This document shows positions 10,201-20,068 of a stretch of DNA of 64,000 bases, piece after piece; positions within the stretch are counted from its first letter, which is position 1, and every line of letters begins with the position of its first letter. Source of the DNA: Hyphomicrobiales bacterium (lineage in GTDB: Bacteria > Pseudomonadota > Alphaproteobacteria > Rhizobiales > Kaistiaceae); assembly GCA_024222895.1 (NCBI GenBank), contig JAAEOR010000188.1, positions 3,286 to 67,285 of the forward strand. The letters are read 5' to 3'. The notes beneath the pieces are model-generated. The model had not been told where the DNA came from, did not search any database, and worked only from the letters and a program-made list of their open reading frames with translations. The translations under genes and the position numbers were made by a program.

Positions 10201-10427
10201 TACTCCAGCACGCCGTCGCGGGCCTCGAGGAACCGGGCCAGTGACGAAGGCGCGTCGACATAGGCCTCCTGCCGCGCCACGTCCCAATATTTGAGCTCGT
10301 CGAGTGGGATATCGAGCCCAGTGACGGCGCAACACACAAACGTGCCGGGTGTCATCACCTGAAAGTCGCCATCGAGATACCGCAGCCGGGCCTCGCCGCC
10401 GCGACCATGTCGCTCAATTCTGTTCAT
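10200..10427 (-). CDS. DUF2093-type small protein
   Basis: 'YLDGDFQV..PG.FV.CAVTG..IPLDELKYW.V.RQEAY'. Confidence 0.8.
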   Translation of the reverse strand: MNRIERHGRGGEARLRYLDGDFQVMTPGTFVCCAVTGLDIPLDELKYWDVARQEAYVDAPSSLARFLEARDGVLE

Positions 10428-10436
10428 ACCCTGACC

Positions 10437-10542
10437 CTAGAGCGTTTTCAGGAAAAGTGGGAGCACTTTTCCGCCAGGAAAGAGCGAGAAACCTCAAGCC
10501 GAGGAGCGGCGATCCGATTCGGAATAAACGGATCGTGCGCTC
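10437..10542. repeat. Bru-RS/RIME-like intergenic palindromic element (family A), copy 1
   Basis: CTAGAGCG start, GGAAAAGTG..CACTTTTCC stem, second GCGATCCG..CGGATCG stem. Near-copy at 19961-20068. Confidence 0.7.
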
Positions 10543-10582
10543 CGGAGACTCGACTTCACCCTGAACAACCGGAAATCTCAGG

Positions 10583-13564
10583 CTATTGGCTCTGCAGCAG
10601 ATCGAGAACCTGGTCCGCCACTGGTTTCTTCTTGTCCTTCTTGTTTTTGGACTTCTTCTTGTTGTTTTTGTCGCCGCCGGCGGCCTTGCCGGGCTTCTTG
10701 TCACCTGTCACCCCACTGAGAAGGCCGCCGCTGATATCGTCTAGCTGATCAAGCGCCCCCTGCGGGTTTTCCAGAACGCCCTGGACCTCGGGGTAGATCT
10801 TCGGCTTTGCCAGGGGCCCGTCGATCCTGACCGGCACGGCAAAGTCTTTCAGCTTGTCGTTCTTGCCCGAGGCAACTTTCGGATTGATCCGGTAGCTCAC
10901 CGTCTGCTGCGGCAGATTGATGGTTCCCGCGCCATCGATGGCAAACTGCGGTCCGGCCATGACCAGATCGTCGTTGGTCAGGATGCCGTTGACGATTGCG
11001 AATGTTGCGTGGACCTTGGAGAACTCGGTGCGGTCGTTTCCCGGTCGCCAGCCCAGTAACGTGCCGAGCGAGAGGTTCTGCAGCATTCCCGGAATGTCGA
11101 TGCCAAGAATGGCTCCGTCACGGATCTTCATGGCACCGTTGCCACCAAGCGAACGCGTCAGCGCTGACTGGCTGGCGCCCGCCGCCTGGAGTTCAAAGGA
11201 AAAGTCGCCGTTGCCCTTGAGCCGCTTGAAACCGATCGCGTCCGTGAGGAATGGCCCGGCAGCCACGTTCTGCAGCCGAAACGAGGCGGCCATCGACGGC
11301 GTCGCGCTCGCCCCGTCGATTGCCACGGCTCCGGTACCGGAACCCGAATAGAGCGCCATTTCGGTCAGGTTGGCGTCGAGCTTGCCGGCTATCAGCTTCA
11401 ACGTCAGGGCCGAAGCGCCGATCTTGATGTCGTCGGCTACGATCGCATCGGCGCGGAGGTTAAGGTTCGCATCGATGGCGGCCAGGCCGCTGAAGTCGAT
11501 AGGCGTGTCACCGCCGCCACCACCACCACCACCACCACCACCACCGCCGCCGGTTGCACCGGAGGCCGCCAGATAGGGCGTGACGTCGAGCAAAGTCATT
11601 GCCAGGCCCGCCTTGACGCTGGGCTTGTCGGCAAAGATGATCTCGCCGGTGCCGATGCCGCTGGACTTGTCCAGGGTGAAGGCGGTCTTGTCAAAGACGA
11701 AGCGGTCGGCCTCCAGCGCCACCGTCCCGTCGATCGAGAAGGTTTTCAGCCCACCGCCAGCGGAGATCGGCTGGCCGATCCAGGCCAACAGATCTCGCAA
11801 CGACGGGGTCGACAGTGCCACTTTGCCGGTGCCGAGCCCGGCAGCGCTTGCGATCCCGGCGAAACCGAAATTGACTCGGTCGGAGGTGGCATTGAGAGAG
11901 ACTTCGGACTCGTTTCCGGCCGCTAGGGCGCGAGCGTCCGCCCGCGCCGCGACGGTGAACCGTTCTTTCCGCCAGGTCAGGCCACCGTCCAGGGATATGG
12001 GAGCACTGAGCGAGTCGAAACGGGCAGTGATGTCGATGTCGTCGATCCGGTCGGCGGATGCATCGCCGCCCACCAGGTCGGCCAGGTCGAGTCCGGTCGC
12101 AGTCCCGTTGGTCAGGGACAAACTGCCATTGGCATCCAGGTTGTCGACGAACTCGGCGGGCAGCGTCCCGGAAGTACGGAAGGTGAGATCAAAGCCGGCG
12201 GTTCCGGTCACCGGCGGAGTGGCGCCGGCGAGCGCTGCAACCGCCGCGACATCGAGGCCGTCGAGCTTCAGCGTGCCGCCGATCACCGGCACCGGTTCGC
12301 GAGCGTCGACCGTCAAGGTGCCCGCTCCGGGAGCGCCCTGAATCTCGACCGACCGGATGGTGGTGGTGAGCACACCCCCGGTCAGCGTGATGTCGGCGCC
12401 GAGATTGTTGAGCGTTGCATCGCCGAGGACCAGTTCGTTGATCGTGGCGTCAACATTGGCGTCGATCAGACCGAGCGGTGACAGATCGAGGGGACCGTCG
12501 CTGGCCGGTTCGTCTTCGGGCTCGGCCGGGGTGAACAGGGCCGTGTCAATGCGGCCCATGGCGAGTTTGAGGCCGATCCCGGGCCGCGCCCGGTCATAGG
12601 CGAGACGCATTCCCGCCGCGATGGCGATGCCACCGATCTCACCCTCCAGCGATTGGACTATGACGTTGGCGTCGTCAATCGTCAGCGGACTGGACAGGGC
12701 GAACGCCTCAAAGGCAGGCGCATCCGGAAGCGCAGCCCCGAAACCCGACAGAAAGTTCATCAGGGACGTACCGCTCGCTTCCATGCCGCCGGCAAACAGC
12801 GCCGCATCGGTGAGCGCTGTTCCGGCCAGTTTGACACTTCCCCCCTCGGATCCCAGCGTCAGCTCGATCGGGATGTCTGTGAGAAGCGCGTTGGAAGGGC
12901 GCACCCCGAGGCTAAGAGTGATGTCGTGGGTCTTGCCACCCCTGGTGAATTGTCCCTCGGCACTTCCGGCGCCGACCATTTCCGGCATGCTGATCGCGAG
13001 GTTAAGCGCTTCCACGGTTTCTGTGGTGCCGGCGGCGTCTCGATAGATCAGGGTCCCGTCGACGATGGTGACCTGGCTGATTGTCAGGGTCTCGAGCGCG
13101 CTAAGCGCGTCGCTCAACGACTCTTCGACCACAACCTCGCCGCTCTCGATCAGGGCCTCGATGCTCTGCGGTTCGCCGGCCGGCGTCGCTTCGGTCCAGT
13201 TGCTCGCACCGGTTTCGTCAAAAGCAACGACGATGTGGGGACGCTCGATTGTTAGCGTATTGATTTCCACGTTCCCGGATAGCAGCGGTATGAGGCTCAG
13301 CCCAAAGGAAACAGCCTCCACGGTGAAGGCTTCCGACTCGCCGACCGGGCCACCGAAACCGATCCCCTCGGCGGAGAGGCGGGCGCTGGGCAGGACGCTG
13401 ACGGAAATTGGTCCGTCGATCCGCACCGGTTTCCCGGTTGCCGCCTCGATGCGGGCGATCAGTTCATTCTTGACAGTATCGGAGGAGATGAACAGCGGCA
13501 GCGCCAATAGTCCGCCGACAACCAGGACGACGAACACCGCAAGGCCGATCAGGGTTTTTCTCAC
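10583..13564 (-). CDS. AsmA family protein (long, internally duplicated)
   Basis: N-terminal TM anchor, 'SLIPLLSGNVEI', C-terminal 'T.F..V.ATF.I.NG.L.NDDL...GP..IDGAG.INL' and 'VPVRIDGP..KPK'. Confidence 0.85.
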   Translation of the reverse strand: MRKTLIGLAVFVVLVVGGLLALPLFISSDTVKNELIARIEAATGKPVRIDGPISVSVLPSARLSAEGIGFGGPVGESEAFTVEAVSFGLSLIPLLSGNVEINTLTIERPHIVVAFDETGASNWTEATPAGEPQSIEALIESGEVVVEESLSDALSALETLTISQVTIVDGTLIYRDAAGTTETVEALNLAISMPEMVGAGSAEGQFTRGGKTHDITLSLGVRPSNALLTDIPIELTLGSEGGSVKLAGTALTDAALFAGGMEASGTSLMNFLSGFGAALPDAPAFEAFALSSPLTIDDANVIVQSLEGEIGGIAIAAGMRLAYDRARPGIGLKLAMGRIDTALFTPAEPEDEPASDGPLDLSPLGLIDANVDATINELVLGDATLNNLGADITLTGGVLTTTIRSVEIQGAPGAGTLTVDAREPVPVIGGTLKLDGLDVAAVAALAGATPPVTGTAGFDLTFRTSGTLPAEFVDNLDANGSLSLTNGTATGLDLADLVGGDASADRIDDIDITARFDSLSAPISLDGGLTWRKERFTVAARADARALAAGNESEVSLNATSDRVNFGFAGIASAAGLGTGKVALSTPSLRDLLAWIGQPISAGGGLKTFSIDGTVALEADRFVFDKTAFTLDKSSGIGTGEIIFADKPSVKAGLAMTLLDVTPYLAASGATGGGGGGGGGGGGGGDTPIDFSGLAAIDANLNLRADAIVADDIKIGASALTLKLIAGKLDANLTEMALYSGSGTGAVAIDGASATPSMAASFRLQNVAAGPFLTDAIGFKRLKGNGDFSFELQAAGASQSALTRSLGGNGAMKIRDGAILGIDIPGMLQNLSLGTLLGWRPGNDRTEFSKVHATFAIVNGILTNDDLVMAGPQFAIDGAGTINLPQQTVSYRINPKVASGKNDKLKDFAVPVRIDGPLAKPKIYPEVQGVLENPQGALDQLDDISGGLLSGVTGDKKPGKAAGGDKNNKKKSKNKKDKKKPVADQVLDLLQSQ
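11510..11551 (-). repeat. Trinucleotide repeat encoding Gly14 in AsmA
   Basis: (GGT)9 at 11519-11545 within 14 consecutive Gly codons. Confidence 0.9.
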
Positions 13565-13600
13565 GAGGTCTGGTTTCCTCTCGGTTCTCTCGCCGGATGG

Positions 13601-15388
13601 CTAGCGGCGACCGAACAGGCGTTCGATGTCGGCGAGCTTAAGTTCGATATAGGTTGGGCGGCCGTGGTTGCATTCACTGGCGTTTGGCGTCGCTTCCATC
13701 TCGCGCAGGAGGGCGTCCATTTCTTCCGGTTTGAGCCGCCGCCCGGCACGCACCGATCCGTGACACGCCATGGTCGAGGCCACTTGCTCCAACTTGTCGC
13801 GCAGCCCTCCTGCCGTATCCCATTCGGCGATCTGCTCGGCGATATCGCTGAGCAGGCTGGAGGCGTCGATAGCCCCGAGCATGGACGGTGATTCGCGTAC
13901 CGCAACCGCCCCGGGCCCAAACCGTTCGATCACGAGGCCGAGCGTTGCCAGCTCGTCGGCGCGGTCGACCAGCCGGTCGACGTCCTCGGCGGGCAGGTCG
14001 ACGACCTCCGGAATCAGCAGGATCTGTCGTCCGACACCCCGGGACTCCAGGCCGCGCTTCAACCGCTCATAGACAAGCCGTTCGTGGGCCGCGTGCTGGT
14101 CGACGATGACGAGGCCATCGGCGGTCTGGGCGACGACATAGGTCTCGTGAAGCTGGGCCCGGGCGGCACCAAGTGGGTGGGCGGACGGCTCGGGCACCGG
14201 TTCGTTATAGCGGCTGTCGGCGGAGGGCACAGCGCCGCCTTCAAAGGCGACCTGCGCCGGTTCGGCCAACCCATTTGCAACGGCGTTGCCCGTTGGCGTG
14301 AGAGGGGCCTGCCAGGCGGTCGTCGATGCCGGCGGGCGGATTGGACCACGCCGGAAGGCCGTCACGGTTGCGCCGGTAGCAGTGGTGGACGAGCGCATGC
14401 CGCTTGTGGCGAAGGCTTCGCGGATCGCGCCGACGATCAGGCCGCGGATCAGTCCCGGATCGCGGAACCGGACGTCCGCCTTGGTCGGGTGGACGTTGAT
14501 ATCGACCTCGGCCGGATCAAGCCCGATGAACAGGGTGGCGACCGGATAGCGGCCGTGTTTCAGCAAGTCTGAATAGGCGCCGCGCACAGCGCCGAGCAGA
14601 AGCTTGTCGCGCACCGGCCGACCGTTGACGAAGAGAAACTGGGCCAGGCTGTTGGCACGATTGAAGGTCGGCAGGCCGGCAAAGCCGGAGAGCCGGGCGC
14701 CTTCGCGACTGGCATCGATCGCGACCGCATTGTCGGCAAAGTCGGCGCCGAGAACCTGGGTGAGACGAACCCGCTGCCCGTCGGTTCCACTGACAGCGGG
14801 ATAGTCGAGACTGCCACGGTCGCTCCCCGACAGGGCAAACCGGATGGACGGATTGACCATTGCCAGGCGTTTGACGACGTCGGTGATGGCAGCCGACTCG
14901 GCGCGCTCCGATTTCAGGAACTTCAGTCGCGCCGGCGTGCTGAAGAACAGGTCGCGGACTTCGACGCGGGTCCCGGCCGAGAGCGCCGCCGGTTTGACCG
15001 CGCCAACCCGCCCGCCTTCGACGGTGATCTCGGCGGCCTGGCTGGCCCCACTCTGGCGCGAAGTGACCATCAGCCGCGCCGCCGCTCCAACCGAGGCGAG
15101 CGCTTCGCCGCGGAAGCCGAGCGAACGGATGTCGTCGAGACCGGATTCGAGCTTGGAGGTGCAATGCCGCTCGACGGCAAATGGCAGGTCGTCCGCCGCG
15201 ATTCCTGAACCATCATCACTGACCCGGATCAAGGAGGCCCCGCCGCCCGAGGTCACCACCTCGATGCGGGTCGAGCCGGCGTCGATGGCGTTTTCCACCA
15301 GTTCCTTGACGACACTCGCTGGCCGTTCGACCACCTCGCCGGCGGCGATGCGGTTGACCATGCTCTCGGAGAGACGGCGGATCGGCAT
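13601..15388 (-). CDS. mutL: DNA mismatch repair protein MutL
   Basis: '[25 protein letters not shown]', 'GFRGEALAS', 'DQHAAHER', 'CNHGRPT'. Confidence 0.98.
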   Translation of the reverse strand: MPIRRLSESMVNRIAAGEVVERPASVVKELVENAIDAGSTRIEVVTSGGGASLIRVSDDGSGIAADDLPFAVERHCTSKLESGLDDIRSLGFRGEALASVGAAARLMVTSRQSGASQAAEITVEGGRVGAVKPAALSAGTRVEVRDLFFSTPARLKFLKSERAESAAITDVVKRLAMVNPSIRFALSGSDRGSLDYPAVSGTDGQRVRLTQVLGADFADNAVAIDASREGARLSGFAGLPTFNRANSLAQFLFVNGRPVRDKLLLGAVRGAYSDLLKHGRYPVATLFIGLDPAEVDINVHPTKADVRFRDPGLIRGLIVGAIREAFATSGMRSSTTATGATVTAFRRGPIRPPASTTAWQAPLTPTGNAVANGLAEPAQVAFEGGAVPSADSRYNEPVPEPSAHPLGAARAQLHETYVVAQTADGLVIVDQHAAHERLVYERLKRGLESRGVGRQILLIPEVVDLPAEDVDRLVDRADELATLGLVIERFGPGAVAVRESPSMLGAIDASSLLSDIAEQIAEWDTAGGLRDKLEQVASTMACHGSVRAGRRLKPEEMDALLREMEATPNASECNHGRPTYIELKLADIERLFGRR

Positions 15389-15401
15389 GAGAGAATCACA
15401 C

Positions 15402-15442
15402 TCCCTACAGTGGCGATTCTGACGGATTCGCCACTGTAGGGA
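15402..15442. repeat. Perfect 15-bp inverted repeat upstream of mutL
   Basis: TCCCTACAGTGGCGA (15402-15416) / TCGCCACTGTAGGGA (15428-15442), 11-nt loop, no U-tract. Confidence 0.85.
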
Positions 15443-15467
15443 AAGATCATGCCCAAATCGCGGGCAT

Positions 15468-15818
15468 TCAGGCGTCGGAGGTCAGAATCCCAGCGCAGCC
15501 CTTGGCAACGCCGTCAACCGCTTCTTCGGAGCCCGGCATAATCGCCCAGCCACCTTCGTCCACAAACTTGGTCTGCTGGAAGGAACTGAGTTCCTTGAGT
15601 TCGGCGAGCTTTGCAGTGGAGTCGGTCTGCTGACGAAACTGAACGGCGCAGATCGGTGCGAGTACATTGACGACGGCGGTATCGGCGTGCGTCTCCGAGG
15701 CTTCAAGCGCTGTCGCGCCCGTCACCCATCCGCCCCAGGCGAATCCGACGACGGCGAGCACGATAGCTCCGCCGACCGCTCCAAGAAGAGCAGGCTTTAT
15801 TTCTGGTCCGATTTTCAT
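15468..15818 (-). CDS. Conserved hypothetical protein with N-terminal TM helix and two Cys
   Basis: '[22 protein letters not shown]', 'LAPIC', 'GGWA.MPG', 'AKGCA'. Confidence 0.75.
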   Translation of the reverse strand: MKIGPEIKPALLGAVGGAIVLAVVGFAWGGWVTGATALEASETHADTAVVNVLAPICAVQFRQQTDSTAKLAELKELSSFQQTKFVDEGGWAIMPGSEEAVDGVAKGCAGILTSDA

Positions 15819-15904
15819 GATTGACCCTTTCGGTCGCGAGGAGGAATCTCACCCGCGCGGGTTCACGGTAGCACGCCAGCCCGGCGAATGTTGGAAAACC
15901 GCCC

Positions 15905-17182
15905 CTAGATTTTGGCGGTCAACGCCCGCCAGCCAATGTCCCGGCGGCAGAAGCCGTTCGGCCAGTCGATGACGTCGACGGCTTTGTAGGCGCGGGCCTG
16001 GGCTTCGGCGATGGTGGGTCCGGTGGCGGTGACATTGAGAACGCGGCCAACATTGGCCACCAACAGACCGTTCTGGAGGGCGGTGCCAGCCTGGAAAACC
16101 TTGACGCCGCCGATCGCCTCGGCGGCATCGATCCCTTTGATTTCACTGCCCTTCTCATAGGAGCCCGGGTAGCCTGAGGTCGCCATGACGACACTGAGGG
16201 CGGCGTTGTCGCTCCAGCGCTGCGGTTGGATTTCGGCCAGGCGACCGGTCGCGGTGGCGAACAGCAGTTCGACCAGGTCGCTGTCGAGCCGCATCACCAG
16301 GACCTGCGCCTCCGGGTCACCAAAACGGGCATTGTATTCGATCAGTTTCGGACCCGAATCGGTGATCATCAGCCCGGCATAGAGCACCCCGGAGAACGGC
16401 GTGCCCCGCTGGCGCATGGCTGCTACGGTGGGACGGATGATTGTCTCCATCGTGCGCTCGACCAGCGCCGGCGTCATAACCGGCGCCGGGGAATAGGCGC
16501 CCATGCCGCCGGTGTTGGGACCGGTGTCCCCTTCGCCCACCGCCTTGTGGTCCTGAGCAGTGGCCAGCGGCACGATGGTTGTACCGTCGGTCAATGCGAA
16601 GAAGCTTGCCTCCTCGCCGACCAGACACTCCTCGACCACCACTTCGGCACCCGCCTTGCCAAATTCACCGTCGAAGCAGGCATCAATGGCGGCAAGCGCT
16701 TGATCGAGATTGGCGGCGACGGTGACGCCCTTGCCGGCCGCCAGCCCATCGGCCTTGATTACGATCGGCGCACCGCGGGCCTGGGCGTAGGCCTTGGCCG
16801 CGTCAGCCTCGCTGAAGCGCTGATAGGCCGCCGTCGGGATACCAGCCTCGGCGCAGAGGTCCTTGGTGAAGCCCTTGGAACCCTCCAGCTGAGCGGCCGC
16901 CGCGCTTGGTCCAAACACCGGAATCCCGAAGGCGGCGAGGGCGTCGGCCAGGCCGGCCACCAGGGGCGCTTCCGGTCCGACGACGACCAGCCGTACCGCC
17001 TTCTCGCGACAGAACTGGGCGACTGCATCATGATCGTCGATGTCGAGCGGGACGATCTGTGCGGTGTCCGCGATTCCCGGATTACCCGGTGCGGCATAGA
17101 GCGTGGCGATGTTGGGAGATTGGGCGAGCTTCCAGGCGAGCGCATGCTCGCGCCCGCCGGAGCCGATGAGGAGGATGTTCAT
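15905..17182 (-). CDS. purD: Phosphoribosylamine--glycine ligase (canonical part)
   Basis: '[17 protein letters not shown]', 'GPEAPL', 'LEGSK', '[11 protein letters not shown]', 'NTGGMGAY', '[10 protein letters not shown]'. Confidence 0.97.
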   Translation of the reverse strand: MNILLIGSGGREHALAWKLAQSPNIATLYAAPGNPGIADTAQIVPLDIDDHDAVAQFCREKAVRLVVVGPEAPLVAGLADALAAFGIPVFGPSAAAAQLEGSKGFTKDLCAEAGIPTAAYQRFSEADAAKAYAQARGAPIVIKADGLAAGKGVTVAANLDQALAAIDACFDGEFGKAGAEVVVEECLVGEEASFFALTDGTTIVPLATAQDHKAVGEGDTGPNTGGMGAYSPAPVMTPALVERTMETIIRPTVAAMRQRGTPFSGVLYAGLMITDSGPKLIEYNARFGDPEAQVLVMRLDSDLVELLFATATGRLAEIQPQRWSDNAALSVVMATSGYPGSYEKGSEIKGIDAAEAIGGVKVFQAGTALQNGLLVANVGRVLNVTATGPTIAEAQARAYKAVDVIDWPNGFCRRDIGWRALTAKI

Positions 17183-17770
17183 GGGAGAAGGCATCTTGGC
17201 TGGCTCTGATCCGCGCGGCAGAATGTTACGCGCTACTTCAACCACGATTCGCACGATCACGAGAGCTAGCAAAAACCTCAGAAACGAAAACAGGGGGCCT
17301 AAGAACCACAACGGTTCGTGGATGTATCCTTCACTGTAAACGGAGTAGTAGGAATGGGCGACGAGGCCGAAGCCGAGTACTACCGCCGCCACTGTGGTGA
17401 GCCACAGGTAATGGAGGCCGCGTCCCGTGACGGTCGGTCTAAGCCAAAATAGACTGGCCGCCACGTGAAGAAATGGGCTCGATGGGCGAGGCGGTTTGTA
17501 ATTCTTGAGGAGAACCGCCCACGCAATCTCCAACGCAACCCTGAAGACAGCGAGGTGGAGCAGCGGACCGACAAAGATCGTTGCGACGACAAAGATGCCT
17601 GTTGGGACAACCAACCAGGAAACCCATGGCGACGTCAGATTCAGGAGGCTGATCATTCCGAAATAGCTCGGTGATTCGAGTTCGCGGAAAAGCAAGCCAA
17701 GCCACACCAGCCGAAGAATTGTCGTTGTAACGATTGGTCTGATCGACAAGAACGCTGTTAAGCCGTGCAA
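17183..17770 (-). CDS. Membrane domain with two DUF4282-like repeats, in frame with purD
   Basis: TTG start preceded by AGGAG. Two similar TM units ([15 protein letters not shown] / [14 protein letters not shown]). No stop before the purD ATG. Confidence 0.55.
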
Positions 17771-17949
17771 ATACTTTCTCCTGAATGCGAGGTTTCGGTA
17801 TCTGTTTGCCGTCCGGCCGTGTCGCGACCGGGATGGCCTGAAAACTTCAGGCTAAAAAGGCTCTCCGACCATTTTTCGGCTTATTGTTGCGCGTTCGGAT
17901 TTGTATAGCCAAATCTTAGATAGCCCGTAGCTCATGCGCCGAGACCTCT

Positions 17950-18891
17950 GTGACATCACCCGAAACCAACGCAGTATCAGACGCCGTGCGTGGCAATTGG
18001 GTCGACCGCGCCCTGCCGGAAGCGGCAAAGCCCTATGGGCGCCTGGCGCGGTTGGACCGGCCGATCGGATGGTGGCTGTTGCTGTGGCCGTGCTGGTGGT
18101 CGGCGGCGCTCGCGGCCGACGCTACCGGCCGCGCCTACCCGGACCCGTGGCATCTGGTGCTGTTCCTGGTCGGCGCCATCGCCATGCGCGGCGCCGGCTG
18201 CACTTATAACGACATCGTTGACCGCGACCTCGACGCGCAGGTCGCCCGGACCCGTTCGCGGCCGATCCCGAGCGGCCAGATCAGCGTCCGCAACGCCGCC
18301 CTGTTCCTGGTCGCCCAGGCGTTGATCGGCCTGGTCGTGCTTCTCCAGTTCAACTGGTTCGCGATTGGCGTTGGATTGGCGTCGCTGGTCGCCGTCGCCA
18401 TCTATCCGTTTCTCAAGCGGGTCACCAACTGGCCGCAGCTTGGTCTTGGCATCGCCTTTTCGTGGGGGGCGCTGATGGGATGGGCGGCAGCGCTGGGCGG
18501 TCTCGGCGTCGCGCCCATGTTGCTCTACCTTGGCTGCATCGCCTGGACGATTGGCTACGACACCATTTACGGCCATCAGGATCGGGAAGACGATGCGCTT
18601 GTCGGTGTCCGCTCGACGGCCCGGTTGTTCGGTACCCGGACTAAAGCCTATCTGGTTGCATTCTACGGATTGGCGACCGTTCTGTTCGCTGTGTCCTTCA
18701 CGGCTGCCGGCGCCGGTATCGTCGCCTATTTCGGCTTGGCGCTGGGGGCGCTCCATCTCGCCTGGCAGGTCGCAACCCTGCGCGTCGATGACCCGGAACG
18801 TTGCCTGACCATCTTCCGGTCCAACCGGGACTATGGCTGGATTCTGTTCGCCGGTCTGCTGATTGATGCCTGGCTCGGTGCCGCCGTCTAG
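17950..18891 (+). CDS. ubiA: 4-hydroxybenzoate polyprenyltransferase
   Basis: 'RLDRPIGWWLL', 'NDIVDRDLDAQVARTRSRP', 'YDTIYGHQDREDD'. Confidence 0.95.
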   Translation: MTSPETNAVSDAVRGNWVDRALPEAAKPYGRLARLDRPIGWWLLLWPCWWSAALAADATGRAYPDPWHLVLFLVGAIAMRGAGCTYNDIVDRDLDAQVARTRSRPIPSGQISVRNAALFLVAQALIGLVVLLQFNWFAIGVGLASLVAVAIYPFLKRVTNWPQLGLGIAFSWGALMGWAAALGGLGVAPMLLYLGCIAWTIGYDTIYGHQDREDDALVGVRSTARLFGTRTKAYLVAFYGLATVLFAVSFTAAGAGIVAYFGLALGALHLAWQVATLRVDDPERCLTIFRSNRDYGWILFAGLLIDAWLGAAV

Positions 18892-18903
18892 CCCCGACGC
18901 AGT

Positions 18904-18932
18904 GTGGAATTGGTTGCCACTTGACCCCATAT
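18904..18932 (+). promoter_or_regulatory. Putative RpoH (sigma32) promoter of the DnaJ-like gene
   Basis: GTGGAA-N15-CCCCATAT compared with consensus CTTGAA-N13-15-CCCCATNT. Lies upstream of a chaperone gene. Confidence 0.45.
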
Positions 18933-18988
18933 TGATTTAGCTAAATCCGGCTTTTGCCATTCCACCACTCCAAGAAATGTCTTGAATC

Positions 18989-19960
18989 ATGGTCGATCCC
19001 TATAAAGCCCTGGGTGTGAAAAAGACTGCGAGTGAGGCCGAGATCAAATCGGCGTTCCGCAAGCTTGCCAAGAAATACCACCCGGATTCCAACAAGTCGG
19101 ACCCGAAGGCCAAGGAACGTTTCAACGAGGCCAACACTGCCTATGAGATCGTCGGCGACAAGGACAAGCGGGCCCAGTTCGATCGCGGTGAGATCGACGC
19201 CGATGGCAAGCCGCGCTTTAAGGGCTTTGAGGGATTCGGTCAGGGCGGCCCACGTGGTGGCCAGTCCGGCGGTGGCGGGCGCACGTTCCGCTGGTCGACC
19301 GGTGGCGCCGATGGCGATCCGTTTGCCTCCGACGATATCCTCAATGAGATCTTCGGCGGTTTCGGCGGTGGCGGCGGCGGTGGCCGTGGACGCGGCGGTG
19401 CCCGTGCCAAGGCTCAGGCAGTCAAGGGTGGTGATGTCAACGCGACCGTTGCGGTTACACTGGAACAGCTGGTTGCAGGCACGAAGGTGCGTGTCGACTT
19501 GCCCACCGGACGGACGATGGACGTCGCGATTCCGCCGGGCACGACATCGGGCAAGGTGATCCGCCTGCGCGGTCAGGGCCAGCCTGGTGCGCTTGGTGGC
19601 GCCGCCGGTGACGCCAGGGTCACGGTGGAGTTCGTGCCTCACCCCCATTTTCACGTCGACGGGTCAAATCTTCGCCGCGAGGTCAGCGTGCCGCTCGAGG
19701 ACGCTGTGCTTGGCGGCAAGATTCGCGTCCCGACACTCGAAGGCGACGTGTCTCTCACCGTACCGGCAAACTCCAGCGGTGGTAGGTCGCTGCGCCTGAA
19801 GGGAAAGGGTTTGCCCAAATCCGGCGGCAGTCGCGGCGATCTGGTGGTCTCGCTGCGCATCGTCCTGCCGGATGGTGGCGATGGCGAGCTTACCAAGCTG
19901 ATGAAGAGCTGGCGCCAGCGGCGCAGCGAGACGACCAGCGACTCGGAAAAGGCGGCCTGA
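18989..19960 (+). CDS. DnaJ class II / CbpA-like co-chaperone
   Basis: J-domain with HPD, G/F-rich linker, DnaJ_C ('LRLKGKG'). No zinc finger. Confidence 0.9.
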   Translation: MVDPYKALGVKKTASEAEIKSAFRKLAKKYHPDSNKSDPKAKERFNEANTAYEIVGDKDKRAQFDRGEIDADGKPRFKGFEGFGQGGPRGGQSGGGGRTFRWSTGGADGDPFASDDILNEIFGGFGGGGGGGRGRGGARAKAQAVKGGDVNATVAVTLEQLVAGTKVRVDLPTGRTMDVAIPPGTTSGKVIRLRGQGQPGALGGAAGDARVTVEFVPHPHFHVDGSNLRREVSVPLEDAVLGGKIRVPTLEGDVSLTVPANSSGGRSLRLKGKGLPKSGGSRGDLVVSLRIVLPDGGDGELTKLMKSWRQRRSETTSDSEKAA

Positions 19961-20068
19961 GACCGGAACGTCTTCAGGAAAAGTGTTTGCACTTTTCCGC
20001 CCGGAAAGAGCGACCGGCGCAAGACCGACGACCAGCGATCCGATTCAATGTGAACAGATCGCGGTCTA
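19961..20068. repeat. Bru-RS/RIME-like element (family A), copy 2
   Basis: TTCAGGAAAAGTG..CACTTTTCCGCC.GGAAAGAGCGA and GCGATCCGATTC shared with copy 1. Spans the gap between two convergent stops. Confidence 0.7.

Noticed and set aside
17977-18930. 317-aa antisense ORF, and similar ones at 24941-25966, 28369-29391 and 59910-60875
   Set aside because: Codon-mirror shadows of ubiA, pirin, dxs and the EAL gene.
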